DNA from: a virus
Taxonomy: Duplodnaviria; Heunggongvirae; Uroviricota; Caudoviricetes
Virus record (IMG/VR): IMGVR_UViG_3300027917_000030
Length of the DNA: 64,000 nucleotides
Direction: 5' to 3' (one strand)
In this document: piece after piece, positions 35,462 through 45,319 of the stretch
Layout of the letters: every line of letters begins with the position of its first letter
How positions within the stretch are numbered: the stretch's first letter is position 1
The notes under the pieces: generated by a model
Seen by the model: the letters and a program-made list of their open reading frames with translations, nothing else
Told to the model about the DNA's origin: nothing
The model's database searches: none
Position numbers and translations under genes: made by a program

Positions 35462-36640
35462 CTATTTTTTGCCCTTTAAAAGTATAAATTTTCTGGAAAG
35501 GGCATGCAATCGGTCATTTTTATCATCATATATACAAAACATAATAGTGCGAATTAAACCCTTTTGAGAACATGCAACTTTAGCAAACTCTTTCCTAACC
35601 GCCGGATCGGTACGATCAGCATCAGGGTGCTCAGTAAAGAACTCATTCGCAAGTATTGTCGCCGAACCCAACAACACAACCCATGCCTGGCAGAAGGAAA
35701 GGTACTGCTCATAAAATTCCTTCGCGGATTCAATAATCTCCCAATCATAATCGCAGGCCTGGAGTTCTGTAACTAGTTGTGACTCATTCTTGATATTCGC
35801 ACTCTCAACAAATTCCACTATTGTTGGATATCTCATCGAAAATTTCATTCGATGATTTGCTAAATAATGAGCGCTCTTTATCTTAACAAAGTTTTGATCT
35901 GGATTTCCCTTTTGATCCTCGCATCTTACAACCACCCCTTCATCCTTCCATACCTTCACCTCTTCTATTAGTTTTATGGGATCGCTGGGCAGTTCATGTA
36001 GCCTTACCAAATTGAGATTACCAACATCAGCAACCTCTTCCAACTCCTCCCATTCCCCAATTCTTAGATCATTGTGCATCACAAAGCCAAGAAAAATCAG
36101 ATCTTCTGATTTATATCTCACTACTATTGTATTACTTGGGGCTACATATTCGAATAACAGCGATCTGTCTGTCAGCCAAGTATTGTCCAATAGTTTTGGA
36201 TATTTTTGGGTGGCAACTAATTTAAATCTTTCTCCAAATGATGGCTCGTCATCGGTGGCTTCTCCGCCAAACATTGTGCCACGCGTTCGGAAGATCACCC
36301 GACCATCTATTATCGACCTAATTGCCAAACTTCCATCCTCTTTATGGCTGAATATCACTGGCCTATTACTTGCCAGGGCGTGATCCAAAGAAGATGTGTC
36401 CGTAACAAACTCTCCATAGTTACCAAACTTTTTCCAAGAACATGAGACAACAAACCCATTATTGTCTACGACCACAGATCGAAGCCACTTCTCGTCTTCT
36501 TCCCAATCCCAAAGATTCTTTTTAGGACAAACTAATGTTAGCCCATCTTGGGTAGCGATTTTGAAATCAGATCGTATCTTACTAATGTCTAACTTTACTC
36601 TATTATTCTCAGTTGTCCACATAGATCTTTCCCTATGCAT
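35462..36640 (-). CDS. ATP-dependent RNA ligase, T4 Rnl1 (RnlA) family
   Basis: Nucleotidyltransferase motif I IFSHKEDGSLAIRSIIDGRVIFRTRG matches T4 Rnl1 [25 protein letters not shown]. Length 392 aa against 374 aa for T4. Confidence 0.7.
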   Translation of the reverse strand: MHRERSMWTTENNRVKLDISKIRSDFKIATQDGLTLVCPKKNLWDWEEDEKWLRSVVVDNNGFVVSCSWKKFGNYGEFVTDTSSLDHALASNRPVIFSHKEDGSLAIRSIIDGRVIFRTRGTMFGGEATDDEPSFGERFKLVATQKYPKLLDNTWLTDRSLLFEYVAPSNTIVVRYKSEDLIFLGFVMHNDLRIGEWEELEEVADVGNLNLVRLHELPSDPIKLIEEVKVWKDEGVVVRCEDQKGNPDQNFVKIKSAHYLANHRMKFSMRYPTIVEFVESANIKNESQLVTELQACDYDWEIIESAKEFYEQYLSFCQAWVVLLGSATILANEFFTEHPDADRTDPAVRKEFAKVACSQKGLIRTIMFCIYDDKNDRLHALSRKFILLKGKK

Positions 36641-37119
36641 TTGTAGTTGATTCTTAGTTTTTGATACTTACGCTGTTTAATTATCTTAAACAGATATGTG
36701 TGACCTTCTAATGCTCTTTTAAGAGCCGCGCTAATCCAGAGTACTCTTAAATGATGAGTTTTGCTAAACCAATTATACCTACGCAACCAATGATGTTTAC
36801 CAGGATCTTTATTCTTAAACCGTGCAAGTTTCCTTGTCCCGGTCTTTATATTACATTTAATTTTAAATGGATTGCACCGATCTCTAATATACTTATAGTG
36901 TAATTGCATGAGCCCAATATCATTAGTTTTGCTTTTCAGTTTTGGTTTAAACCCTGACTCATGAGCAATTAGAGCCGTAACAAGAATTGGATCCAGTTCT
37001 CGCTTTTTGGAATAATAACATGTATGTTTAGCGATGGAGTTGATTGTGCGTTTATGATTATGAGGTGAATAGTGAACTTGATTAATTAAATATACAAGGG
37101 GGACAATACATAAATCCAT
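36595..37119 (-). CDS. Lytic transglycosylase (SLT domain)
   Basis: VTALIAHESGFKPK...NDIGLMQL is the SLT signature, with catalytic Glu in the ES motif. Confidence 0.65.
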   Translation of the reverse strand: MDLCIVPLVYLINQVHYSPHNHKRTINSIAKHTCYYSKKRELDPILVTALIAHESGFKPKLKSKTNDIGLMQLHYKYIRDRCNPFKIKCNIKTGTRKLARFKNKDPGKHHWLRRYNWFSKTHHLRVLWISAALKRALEGHTYLFKIIKQRKYQKLRINYKCIGKDLCGQLRIIE

Positions 37120-37128
37120 AATTTCCTT

Positions 37129-37422
37129 TCAATAAAATAAACAAATTATTACCACATGATAGGCGGCAATCAATCCATAGATAATCATCACAATGGTGCC
37201 TCCAATTTTTGCAATACGATATTTCTTCCAACCAATTGCAACAAGGCTACCTGCAATAAAGCCGATCAGGATTTTTGGAACCAGAAACCAGCCGCCCATT
37301 TTATAAATCAAGAAACTCATCAGAGGGTTGGTCTCAATTGAATCACCAGCCGCTAAAATGAAAAATGTTGCAACACCATCGAAAAGGTTTAGAAGAAAAA
37401 TAAGAAGCCCTACTACCATCAT
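37129..37422 (-). CDS. Small three-TM membrane protein (holin-like by position)
   Basis: 97 aa, three hydrophobic helices, immediately upstream of the transglycosylase. Confidence 0.3.
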   Translation of the reverse strand: MMVVGLLIFLLNLFDGVATFFILAAGDSIETNPLMSFLIYKMGGWFLVPKILIGFIAGSLVAIGWKKYRIAKIGGTIVMIIYGLIAAYHVVIICLFY

Positions 37423-37715
37423 TCATCATCCTTCAGTTCCTCGAGCATTGCTGCATACTCCAGCATTGCAATGCCTTGCTGTTCGGTAAAACCAGCCGAC
37501 AAAGCGGCGCTTTTATACCTCTCTCTCATTTCCGCAATAAGTGCATCTTCTAAAATCATTCCGTCGATCAAATACTTGGAGAGATCTTCTTTTACGGGAG
37601 GTTTGATCTTAGATACAGCCTTTAACAGTTTATTGTATCTTTGGCCGCCCATAGAAAACAAAACCTTGCCAATTTCAAATGCCTTTCTAACCGCGCCTTT
37701 TGTTTCCTCATACAT
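37419..37715 (-). CDS. Hypothetical helical protein (98 aa)
   Basis: ORF. Confidence 0.3.
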   Translation of the reverse strand: MYEETKGAVRKAFEIGKVLFSMGGQRYNKLLKAVSKIKPPVKEDLSKYLIDGMILEDALIAEMRERYKSAALSAGFTEQQGIAMLEYAAMLEELKDDE

Positions 37716-38523
37716 TTAGATCTCCTAAATCTTTATATATATCTGGAAACCTATATGCACTTTCTGCTGTCCATACTCTAAGGTTGGGGAGAATTTGTGC
37801 CTCACCACAACTGTGTGTATGGCCGCAAAGTACCAATAATTGTTTGTCGGGGTTCTTCTGCATTACATCAATAAGTACATCCCCAGATATCTTGGAAGTC
37901 ATAAATGGTTGCCAGATACTTTCGCATAACCTTCCCCTATGCCATGCTGCTTCCACAAAGGGCGGAACATGTGTAACCAAAACCGCCCTATCATGTTTCG
38001 CAAACGCAGCATTCAATGCATCCTCGAAATGCCTTGCTGATTTTTCTGCCTTTTCACGAAAAATATCAATCATTACTTGTTCCACACCGGTAAGATATCC
38101 CAATCTTATATCCTTTACGCTCAGAAAATCATTGAGTATTACATTACCAGTTCTCCCATAATAGCAATCGTACCACCCCTCATGACCAAGAATTGGGATA
38201 TCATTTATGGTGGTGTACTTATCTTTAAGACCGGAAAGCCATATTAGGTTGCGTTTCTTTTTGCAGAGGCATTTAACTATCCCATCCATCTCATCAAAGC
38301 CTCTGCCATAATAATCATGATTACCCAACACAAAATATACCATTGTGTTGCGCAGACTAGAACTTAGTTCGTCAAACCACTTCTTGACGCCATTTCCTAT
38401 ATCGCCACTAATAATGAGCGCCTCAGCCCCTTTGACTTTATTATAGAATTTCTTACGAGCTTCTGGCCCAGCACAATCCAGGTGAATATCGGTTGCCCAA
38501 AGTACTCTCATAGATCTTCCCAT
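37708..38523 (-). CDS. Calcineurin-like metallophosphoesterase
   Basis: LWATDIHLD, GDIGN and GNHDY are the metallophosphoesterase motifs I-III. Confidence 0.65.
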   Translation of the reverse strand: MGRSMRVLWATDIHLDCAGPEARKKFYNKVKGAEALIISGDIGNGVKKWFDELSSSLRNTMVYFVLGNHDYYGRGFDEMDGIVKCLCKKKRNLIWLSGLKDKYTTINDIPILGHEGWYDCYYGRTGNVILNDFLSVKDIRLGYLTGVEQVMIDIFREKAEKSARHFEDALNAAFAKHDRAVLVTHVPPFVEAAWHRGRLCESIWQPFMTSKISGDVLIDVMQKNPDKQLLVLCGHTHSCGEAQILPNLRVWTAESAYRFPDIYKDLGDLNV

Positions 38524-39197
38524 CCCTTACCCTCCTTCACATCAGCTCGCTTTTCTTCAAGTGGAACTGCTGGAGGAAGTTCATCAAATTCTGGCGACAA
38601 ACTGTCGTCGGGAAATTTAACATCATTGAGATTTATAACCTCATATCCCGCGCGACTATAAATCTTATCAGAAATTTTCTGAAATACATTTGCAAGTGCT
38701 TCATAGATATATCGCCATGGTTCATCAAGAATTGACCACATTACAGATAGTGGCCAGTAACACATCCAGGTAATTATTTTCCATTTACACTGACGTGCAG
38801 AAGGCTTAGCTGGTTGTTGGACTTGCCACCGCCTTTTCAGAGCTTTTGGAACTGTTGTGTCAGGATCAGCACTTAATCCTTCAGCTTTCAAAAACTGTTG
38901 CCTTTGCTCTTTATAACGTATGGCTTCTTTATTCACATAGAGAGCCCATTTGGCTATGCTCCAGCCAACTCCGATCACAACATATGCAGGAATCCCTATA
39001 TATAAAATCCACGGTGATTCTTTTATAAGCGTAGGAAATGAAGCATCTCCAAAGATATGAATAATTCCCAGATAAAGGCCAACGGTGATCAAGCCAGCAA
39101 TGGGTCGGTTCCAATGGATCTCCCAGAATAGAAACCCAACAACCACTATAGAGAGGATCCAAAACCAGATCCCGCCAATTATAAAAAACGCTTCCAT
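38508..39197 (-). CDS. Polytopic membrane protein (229 aa)
   Basis: Four N-terminal TM helices and a charged C-terminal domain. Confidence 0.35.
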   Translation of the reverse strand: MEAFFIIGGIWFWILSIVVVGFLFWEIHWNRPIAGLITVGLYLGIIHIFGDASFPTLIKESPWILYIGIPAYVVIGVGWSIAKWALYVNKEAIRYKEQRQQFLKAEGLSADPDTTVPKALKRRWQVQQPAKPSARQCKWKIITWMCYWPLSVMWSILDEPWRYIYEALANVFQKISDKIYSRAGYEVINLNDVKFPDDSLSPEFDELPPAVPLEEKRADVKEGKGWEDL

Positions 39198-39325
39198 TCT
39201 TTTCTCCTATCGAATGCACAAATAAAACGTTAACCCAAATATTACTGTAGTTAGAACTATTAAAATCTGAATTGGCAACATAGTTCGCCAATAAACATAT
39301 AATAATTCACGAAACTCTTTAAAAG

Positions 39326-40600
39326 TCATCTTATTACTTTTTCTACCACTTCCATGCATAACTGATTAATTTTATGATAGTCGGGCGTTCTAGGTAGCGG
39401 CGACAACTTTTCATCATAGATTTTATTAAGTTTTTCCTGCTGTTTATCAGCCCACTCTAACAGTTCGTCAAACTCCCAAGCTCCCTTTCTAATTGACAGT
39501 AATTCTTCAGCATCATGCCGATGAACATTCACAACCCCTTTAGAAAGGATCTCTTCCGCCATCCTCAGCAACCTGACAAGATGAGAGGCGTGCTTTCCAT
39601 CATATCCAAATTGAGCTTCCATCGCAGCACGCGCAGGATTTCTATTAGCTTTCCATTCCTGGTATTGTTTATAGTATTTAAGCGCTCCTTTATATCTGCG
39701 CTCCTTATCAAGTAATTCCAAGAAGTTAGTATTGTATCCTAGCACTCTGCCTGCCGCATTTGATAGTTCACTAACGTTGAAGTCATTAAAATCATCTAAC
39801 GGCGGAATAATCGGTTTGTACGATTCTCCGTCGCGGACATAACAATCCGCTGCTAGCCCTTCCCACATTTCTTTCAGGGCTGAGGCGGTGTTCCTTCTCA
39901 CGGACTCCAGAACCTCCCTGGGAAGCTCGTCCGGAAGTAGGATCCATTCCTCCACCTTCTTCTTGATAAGCCCTTCAGCAGCCTCTCTGTGATCCCTGGA
40001 TAGCAAGCTGCGTTCAGGAAGTCCAAAGTCTGCCCTGGTCGGCTTCGTTTTTGGTGGGTTGAGGAGCCAAGCTCGGTGGGTTTTGATGCGCTTCAGCTGA
40101 GAGAATGCATATCCACAGAATCTAAACTTTGCTTTCGTGGATAGAAATAGATCCCTTTTCTCAAGTATCCTTTTCCAGTGCTCAGAAGAAACAAGATGAT
40201 GCGCCTCATCTGTAAACAGCACCTCAATAATGTTGGGATTACAATCTGCAGCCAGCTTGAAAAACTTTCGGATATCATAGATTGTTGAGTCAATTTGTTC
40301 ATCGGGTGGTATAGAACGCCCGACCGTATCTTCTATTCTCTCAATGAAAGTTTTGTTTTTCCACGAAAGGAGGGGGGGTTGAGGGGAGACTGACCTTGAG
40401 ATAAACCCATCCTGTCCACGAAAATCTCTAGGGAATTGTCCCTCATATTGTTCAAATCGGTTAAAAAACCCATGAAAATATGACTTGGGTGGGACTGCCA
40501 CACCTTTTATATCTACGTCAGATTCTGGACCAGACATACCATAGGCGTGGCTTCCATGAAGAGTTACAAAAATAGTATGATCTTCGATCTTAAATTCCAT
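39326..40600 (-). CDS. Pol-beta-superfamily nucleotidyltransferase (424 aa)
   Basis: VTLHGSHAYGMSGPESDVDIKGV fits hG[GS]-x10-DhDh of minimal nucleotidyltransferases. The C-terminal helical domain is unknown. Confidence 0.5.
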   Translation of the reverse strand: MEFKIEDHTIFVTLHGSHAYGMSGPESDVDIKGVAVPPKSYFHGFFNRFEQYEGQFPRDFRGQDGFISRSVSPQPPLLSWKNKTFIERIEDTVGRSIPPDEQIDSTIYDIRKFFKLAADCNPNIIEVLFTDEAHHLVSSEHWKRILEKRDLFLSTKAKFRFCGYAFSQLKRIKTHRAWLLNPPKTKPTRADFGLPERSLLSRDHREAAEGLIKKKVEEWILLPDELPREVLESVRRNTASALKEMWEGLAADCYVRDGESYKPIIPPLDDFNDFNVSELSNAAGRVLGYNTNFLELLDKERRYKGALKYYKQYQEWKANRNPARAAMEAQFGYDGKHASHLVRLLRMAEEILSKGVVNVHRHDAEELLSIRKGAWEFDELLEWADKQQEKLNKIYDEKLSPLPRTPDYHKINQLCMEVVEKVIR

Positions 40601-40800
40601 TTTCTTTCCTACTCATCCAGAGCTTCCTCTAAAACCTTCTCAATCTCGGCCCACGTATGGGTGTTACAGGCGGAGTGAAATATTACAAGCAAATCGAGGA
40701 AATCATTTTTGTCCAAAAGTAAATCACCACGAACTTTTGACATAACATCCCTTACTATTTCTTTAATTCTAATGGAGTTATACTCCTTATCATCAAGCAC

Positions 40801-41067
40801 TTATTTCTCCTTGATAACAATTACACCCTCAAATACGCCCCACGAGGAACTCTCTTTAAAAGAATAAGTATCAGTAGTTTCACTACTCTTACGGTCGCGA
40901 TAAAGCAACCAGAGATTATCTTCTTTCCAGGTTGCTATAACCAATTTTTTACCAGCCGGAAGTTCAATGGTAGAGGAGCCCCCATATTTCTTGGCACGCT
41001 GCTGTGCTGTACACCCTATCATAATAATCATACAAAAGATTGTTAAGATTGCACGTACCTTCTTCAT
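40801..41067 (-). CDS. Lipoprotein (88 aa)
   Basis: Signal peptide with lipobox MIIMIGC. Confidence 0.45.
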   Translation of the reverse strand: MKKVRAILTIFCMIIMIGCTAQQRAKKYGGSSTIELPAGKKLVIATWKEDNLWLLYRDRKSSETTDTYSFKESSSWGVFEGVIVIKEK

Positions 41068-41245
41068 TCTTCGTCTCCATTTGATAAAGAACTGAGCGTT
41101 TTTCTATAATAGTGAACAGCAAGAATTACCACAGCTGCCAAAATCAAAATAACCACAGCAAGTGTGGGGGACAAGCCAAGAGCTATTAGCAATCTGTGCC
41201 CAAAAAATCCAATAACAAATGCTATCAGAAAAATCAAAAGGTTGG

Positions 41246-42034
41246 TCATCCTCCAAACCCTCCAATTGCAGTTTTGCTAAAGTTAACAGCGCTTTGGCTG
41301 GCCTGCACAGCAGACTGACTAAACACCTGAAATGCCCTGCGAATGTCGCTTTGATTGTTACCCGGAGTCAGAATCCACTCATCTCGCAAACCCATGGAAT
41401 TAAACACACCATTAAAATTGGTGTACCCATCGTCAATTCCCATGGCGGCAACGATATGATTTTCAGACATCAGCATATCGTTAACAATGGTAGAAACATT
41501 TTTTGGAGTAGACCTTCTAGATCCCTGATCACATCCGTCAGTAATAATAAGAGTTACCGTTCTAACCGGCACACCATTGTCAGCAAATTCCTTGGTTTTA
41601 GCTAACACCGTACCGAGTAACACTACTGACTGATCATAAAGTGGCGTGCCAAGATTGGGATTGTAGTTGGAACTATCCATACGCTCCGCCTGATCCAGAG
41701 CACAATATGGATACAAAACATGTCCATTCAGGTACCTACAATGTACAAGAATGTTGTCTTTCTGCTTGGAATCGGAAAGTGCATCCAACACCAGATTATG
41801 CCCATCACGCACTACCTGAGCATTGTTTCCAAACCTAATACTACCGGAGTCATCAGGCATTAAAGTAACGAGAACTACCTCGCTTGCCTGTACATCATCC
41901 ACATCAACTCCCAGTCCGTTCTGGATCTGGGCACCAATATCATGAACTGTTAGGGCCTGTGCAGACTCGGGAGAAATCATCCCCTCATCCTGCGCCTCTT
42001 CGAATAGTGCATTCAAGCTTGCATTATCACTCAT
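41246..42034 (-). CDS. von Willebrand factor A (vWA) domain protein
   Basis: MPDDSGSIRF MIDAS motif (DxSGS) plus downstream T and D MIDAS residues. Confidence 0.6.
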   Translation of the reverse strand: MSDNASLNALFEEAQDEGMISPESAQALTVHDIGAQIQNGLGVDVDDVQASEVVLVTLMPDDSGSIRFGNNAQVVRDGHNLVLDALSDSKQKDNILVHCRYLNGHVLYPYCALDQAERMDSSNYNPNLGTPLYDQSVVLLGTVLAKTKEFADNGVPVRTVTLIITDGCDQGSRRSTPKNVSTIVNDMLMSENHIVAAMGIDDGYTNFNGVFNSMGLRDEWILTPGNNQSDIRRAFQVFSQSAVQASQSAVNFSKTAIGGFGG

Positions 42035-42150
42035 TTTATTCCTCCAAACCTACATTTTGTTGAAGATCGCAACCAAAAAACCGAACCAAACAACTATCGG
42101 CGCGGCAATTAGTATGAGCATCAAAATGATGGTAAATATTTCCCAGTTTC

Positions 42151-43182
42151 TCATAATGTGATACCAGGCCAAGTGTCAACTGGATCAGTAGACTTTACGA
42201 TATGCATTCCAGCATCAGAGAACCGCTTGAATGCATCGTTTGCCTGATCAGTAAAATCGATCACATTTGGGACAACAACTGGTGAAGTGCAGTCTTCCAA
42301 TAGATAAACCTTCTTCGCCAACGTGGGATCTTTAGCAGTAATCTCAGTGAGAAGGTCATCAATAGTCCACGCCACACAATGGCTCTTAGCTTGTCCAGCA
42401 ATCACAACTGCATCAAACTTTAGCAGCCGTTCAATAAACCGAACATTCTTTTGAGCAATCGGCCTACCTTTAGAATCTTCAAGAACCTCCGGACGAAGTA
42501 CCGAATAATTCTCAGTAAGTGGATTCCCTCCCTTGATTTCGTGATTAGTCTGACTATGTCTCGCCATCGCATGGAAAAAGCAAGCCTCATCCACACAAGA
42601 GGCAAGGGCGTGTCCCACACCACCGAGCATTGCATGGTATGGCCAAATACATAGCAGGTACTTACCTTGGTCAGAAAGTGTCTTCACGTAATGCCGTGCA
42701 TACTTTTGGAGTGCAACATAATTGCCACCAACAACACTATGAGCGATTGCTGGATTTACTTTCCATGTTCCCTTATCCACATCGTCAAGAGATATCATGG
42801 TCATAGGTGCCGGACTCTCCCCATCATCGTTAATCCAAAAGATGGGGTGGAAGATCTGCATTGCTTGGTGCGTATCCATTGTGGGGGAAATTTCTGTAAT
42901 AACATGCAGGTTGCGATAGATAAATTCGCAGAGCCGCACGTTATCTTCTACTGCGCCCATACCCGATCGTCCACCAACAAACAGTTCGCCGGTCGGCAAG
43001 CAAAAAGTATTCTGACAATCGATTGCCATTAGGCAAATCTTAGTAGTATCTTTAGCAGCAGGCATAATGTTATGTCGTTTTGCCCAGCCCACTGCTTCTG
43101 CAGCACGATCCCCATATGAAACTTGCCAGATTTCTCCAGTTTTCTTTGAGTCAAAGTGCGATGGAATTGGAAGCTGATTCAT
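42151..43182 (-). CDS. pncA: Isochorismatase-family hydrolase, nicotinamidase (PncA)-like
   Basis: LMAIDCQNTFC (compare PncA LLVDLQNDFC), His-containing IFHPIFW, IWPYHAMLGG (compare FWPDHCVQNS), and catalytic Cys in VVIAGQAKSHCVAWTIDD (compare VMGLATDYCVKFTVLDA). It is larger than bacterial PncA (343 aa). Confidence 0.55.
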   Translation of the reverse strand: MNQLPIPSHFDSKKTGEIWQVSYGDRAAEAVGWAKRHNIMPAAKDTTKICLMAIDCQNTFCLPTGELFVGGRSGMGAVEDNVRLCEFIYRNLHVITEISPTMDTHQAMQIFHPIFWINDDGESPAPMTMISLDDVDKGTWKVNPAIAHSVVGGNYVALQKYARHYVKTLSDQGKYLLCIWPYHAMLGGVGHALASCVDEACFFHAMARHSQTNHEIKGGNPLTENYSVLRPEVLEDSKGRPIAQKNVRFIERLLKFDAVVIAGQAKSHCVAWTIDDLLTEITAKDPTLAKKVYLLEDCTSPVVVPNVIDFTDQANDAFKRFSDAGMHIVKSTDPVDTWPGITL

Positions 43183-43183
43183 T

Positions 43184-43450
43184 TTACTCCTCTACTTTCT
43201 GTTGAGGTGAAAGTTCGCGAACCTTCTGCTTTTGTTCTTCTTCCTCTATTAACTTCATGATTTTTCGAGACGTTTCGTCCTCCATTTTTGCAATCCTATA
43301 CGTGGTAATATTATGAAGTGCCACAAGCGCCCATCCCAGACCGCCAATGAAAGGCATTAAATGACCACTGAAACCCAAGTAGGCTACAAAGGATGCTACA
43401 ATAATCAAGCTAATATACATAATCTTACGCCACAAAGTTAAGTAAATCAT
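43184..43450 (-). CDS. Small two-TM membrane protein (88 aa)
   Basis: ORF with hydrophobic helices. Confidence 0.3.
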   Translation of the reverse strand: MIYLTLWRKIMYISLIIVASFVAYLGFSGHLMPFIGGLGWALVALHNITTYRIAKMEDETSRKIMKLIEEEEQKQKVRELSPQQKVEE

Positions 43451-43459
43451 ATACTCTCC

Positions 43460-45319
43460 TTAAGAAATCTGTAGTGTTTTAATTGTGTTTTTTGACACAA
43501 CATATAAACCACTGTTACCTGGGAAAAGATGACAACCTGAATCAACAAACGGTTCAGTGTCAGGAAATTCTTTAACAATCGAAATGGAATTGCCAGAGGG
43601 CTCTACCCGAACGATTCCCTCATCCGTCGCTGCCAGTAAGAAATTCCCAGCAGCACATTTGCCACGTATTGATCCGAGCCAAGTGCCATCCCCCTCCTTC
43701 GTTTCGGCTATAGCTTTAATTTCTCCTGTAGATTTCAATAGCATACATCTGTTGATAGTCTGCCCCTTTTCTCTTGTCGAGATTATTAACCATGCCCAGT
43801 TGCCAGCAAAGAAACATGTAGAATCAACAAGCTGTCCATGAATTGGCGGCAACTGTACCGAATCATTAATACCAGACGCCCCGTCAGAAAAAACAAAGCC
43901 CACGTTCAAATTGCCCGCACGATAAAATCCAACGCCGAATTTATCACCTACCCAAAATAACGTTTGGTTCTTTAACACATCACCAATATACTTTGAACCA
44001 TATAAATCACTTTTTTGTAATTTTCCATCGTAGATCCAATAATCAGCATGGCTATTACAGTCAAACATAGGGAGTGATCCAAGCCCATCTACCACAACCT
44101 TTTCTGGCTTTTCGCCAGGTGCCAATCTCACAAACTGATCGCGGTCACCTATAAGGGTATACTTTCTACGCAACCTAAATCGCATAGTAGGTTTAATTTG
44201 TCCCTTATAGTTACCTAAATTTTCATCACGTTTGAAATATCCATTTTCATAATATAGATATCGCAGTTTATCATTGTGAAGTGCGGCGTGTAAAATCATA
44301 CCAGAAGTTTGAAAAACTTTTGTACAAGTCACATTGCCCCTCACCGTTTCTGTCACTGCGGCTGGAGCATATTGTGCACAAGATGGGCACGCCTGTCTAG
44401 CATGTACTTTCCCACACTGCGTACACGTTGTCCATCTCATTTCCAGCAAATGCTCAGGAAACTCCAAACGCTTGTCTTCTTTAAACACAACATGAAAATG
44501 CTGCAATAAGCTATCTGGTAAGACACTGAAATGTTCTGCAGGCTTGGGGTATTTAACTTCCGGATCAAAAACCGTTATTCTTTTAAGTGGTCTGGTGGCA
44601 TGATTAACTCTTTTGTTTTTATCGGCCGGTTTATATACACCACCATATGGTCCCACATACAAAAGACTTTGCATCAATAGAATGTTAAATGCGTACCAAT
44701 CAGAATCAAATGTATATGGCCTAGATAGAATCGGCCTTACTGCTGCCGAATCGCTCAAAAGCGGGTCTACAAACTTTTCTGTATATACGCTACACAAGAA
44801 AGGTCCGAACTGAAAGCTATCTGCATCGATGAGGTATGCTTCACCATTGGCAACCATAATATTTAGATCATTGAAATCTCCAATGATAACACCGGCTCGG
44901 TGTACGGCAGAAACCGTCGATCTCAAATCCTTGAAGGTTCGAATGACCATGTCATTATTAACACCAGCCCGCCGAAAATTCCTATCCGAATATCTCAGCA
45001 GAACTTCAAACCCCTTTAGAAATCTCATAGAGTAGCCCAAGATTTTCTTACCAGCCTTGTTAGTGGCTAAGTGTTGTGGGGCAATGACTCTACTAGGCAG
45101 ATTTCTAGGGAATGCTGGAAGCTTCTTCTGATGTTCTAGAATGCGAGCTTCAGCAACCAGCTGATCTTGTTTAAATCCAGTGAAGTCTGGGTGATTCGGT
45201 TGTTTAAAAACCTTAAGCACAAGTCCCGCGCCAATATCGAAGATGTCCGCTTCCCCACCCTTGCCAATCGATTTGGTGGGATCAAGGTTAAGTTTTTTCC
45301 CCTGTAGATAAACTATCAT
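43460..45319 (-). CDS. Protein-kinase-like domain protein with a large C-terminal beta-rich domain (619 aa)
   Basis: Catalytic-loop-like HRAGVIIGDFNDLNIMV and a DFG-like LIDADSFQF. The C-terminal half is Gly/aromatic-rich and repeat-like. Confidence 0.5.
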   Translation of the reverse strand: MIVYLQGKKLNLDPTKSIGKGGEADIFDIGAGLVLKVFKQPNHPDFTGFKQDQLVAEARILEHQKKLPAFPRNLPSRVIAPQHLATNKAGKKILGYSMRFLKGFEVLLRYSDRNFRRAGVNNDMVIRTFKDLRSTVSAVHRAGVIIGDFNDLNIMVANGEAYLIDADSFQFGPFLCSVYTEKFVDPLLSDSAAVRPILSRPYTFDSDWYAFNILLMQSLLYVGPYGGVYKPADKNKRVNHATRPLKRITVFDPEVKYPKPAEHFSVLPDSLLQHFHVVFKEDKRLEFPEHLLEMRWTTCTQCGKVHARQACPSCAQYAPAAVTETVRGNVTCTKVFQTSGMILHAALHNDKLRYLYYENGYFKRDENLGNYKGQIKPTMRFRLRRKYTLIGDRDQFVRLAPGEKPEKVVVDGLGSLPMFDCNSHADYWIYDGKLQKSDLYGSKYIGDVLKNQTLFWVGDKFGVGFYRAGNLNVGFVFSDGASGINDSVQLPPIHGQLVDSTCFFAGNWAWLIISTREKGQTINRCMLLKSTGEIKAIAETKEGDGTWLGSIRGKCAAGNFLLAATDEGIVRVEPSGNSISIVKEFPDTEPFVDSGCHLFPGNSGLYVVSKNTIKTLQIS

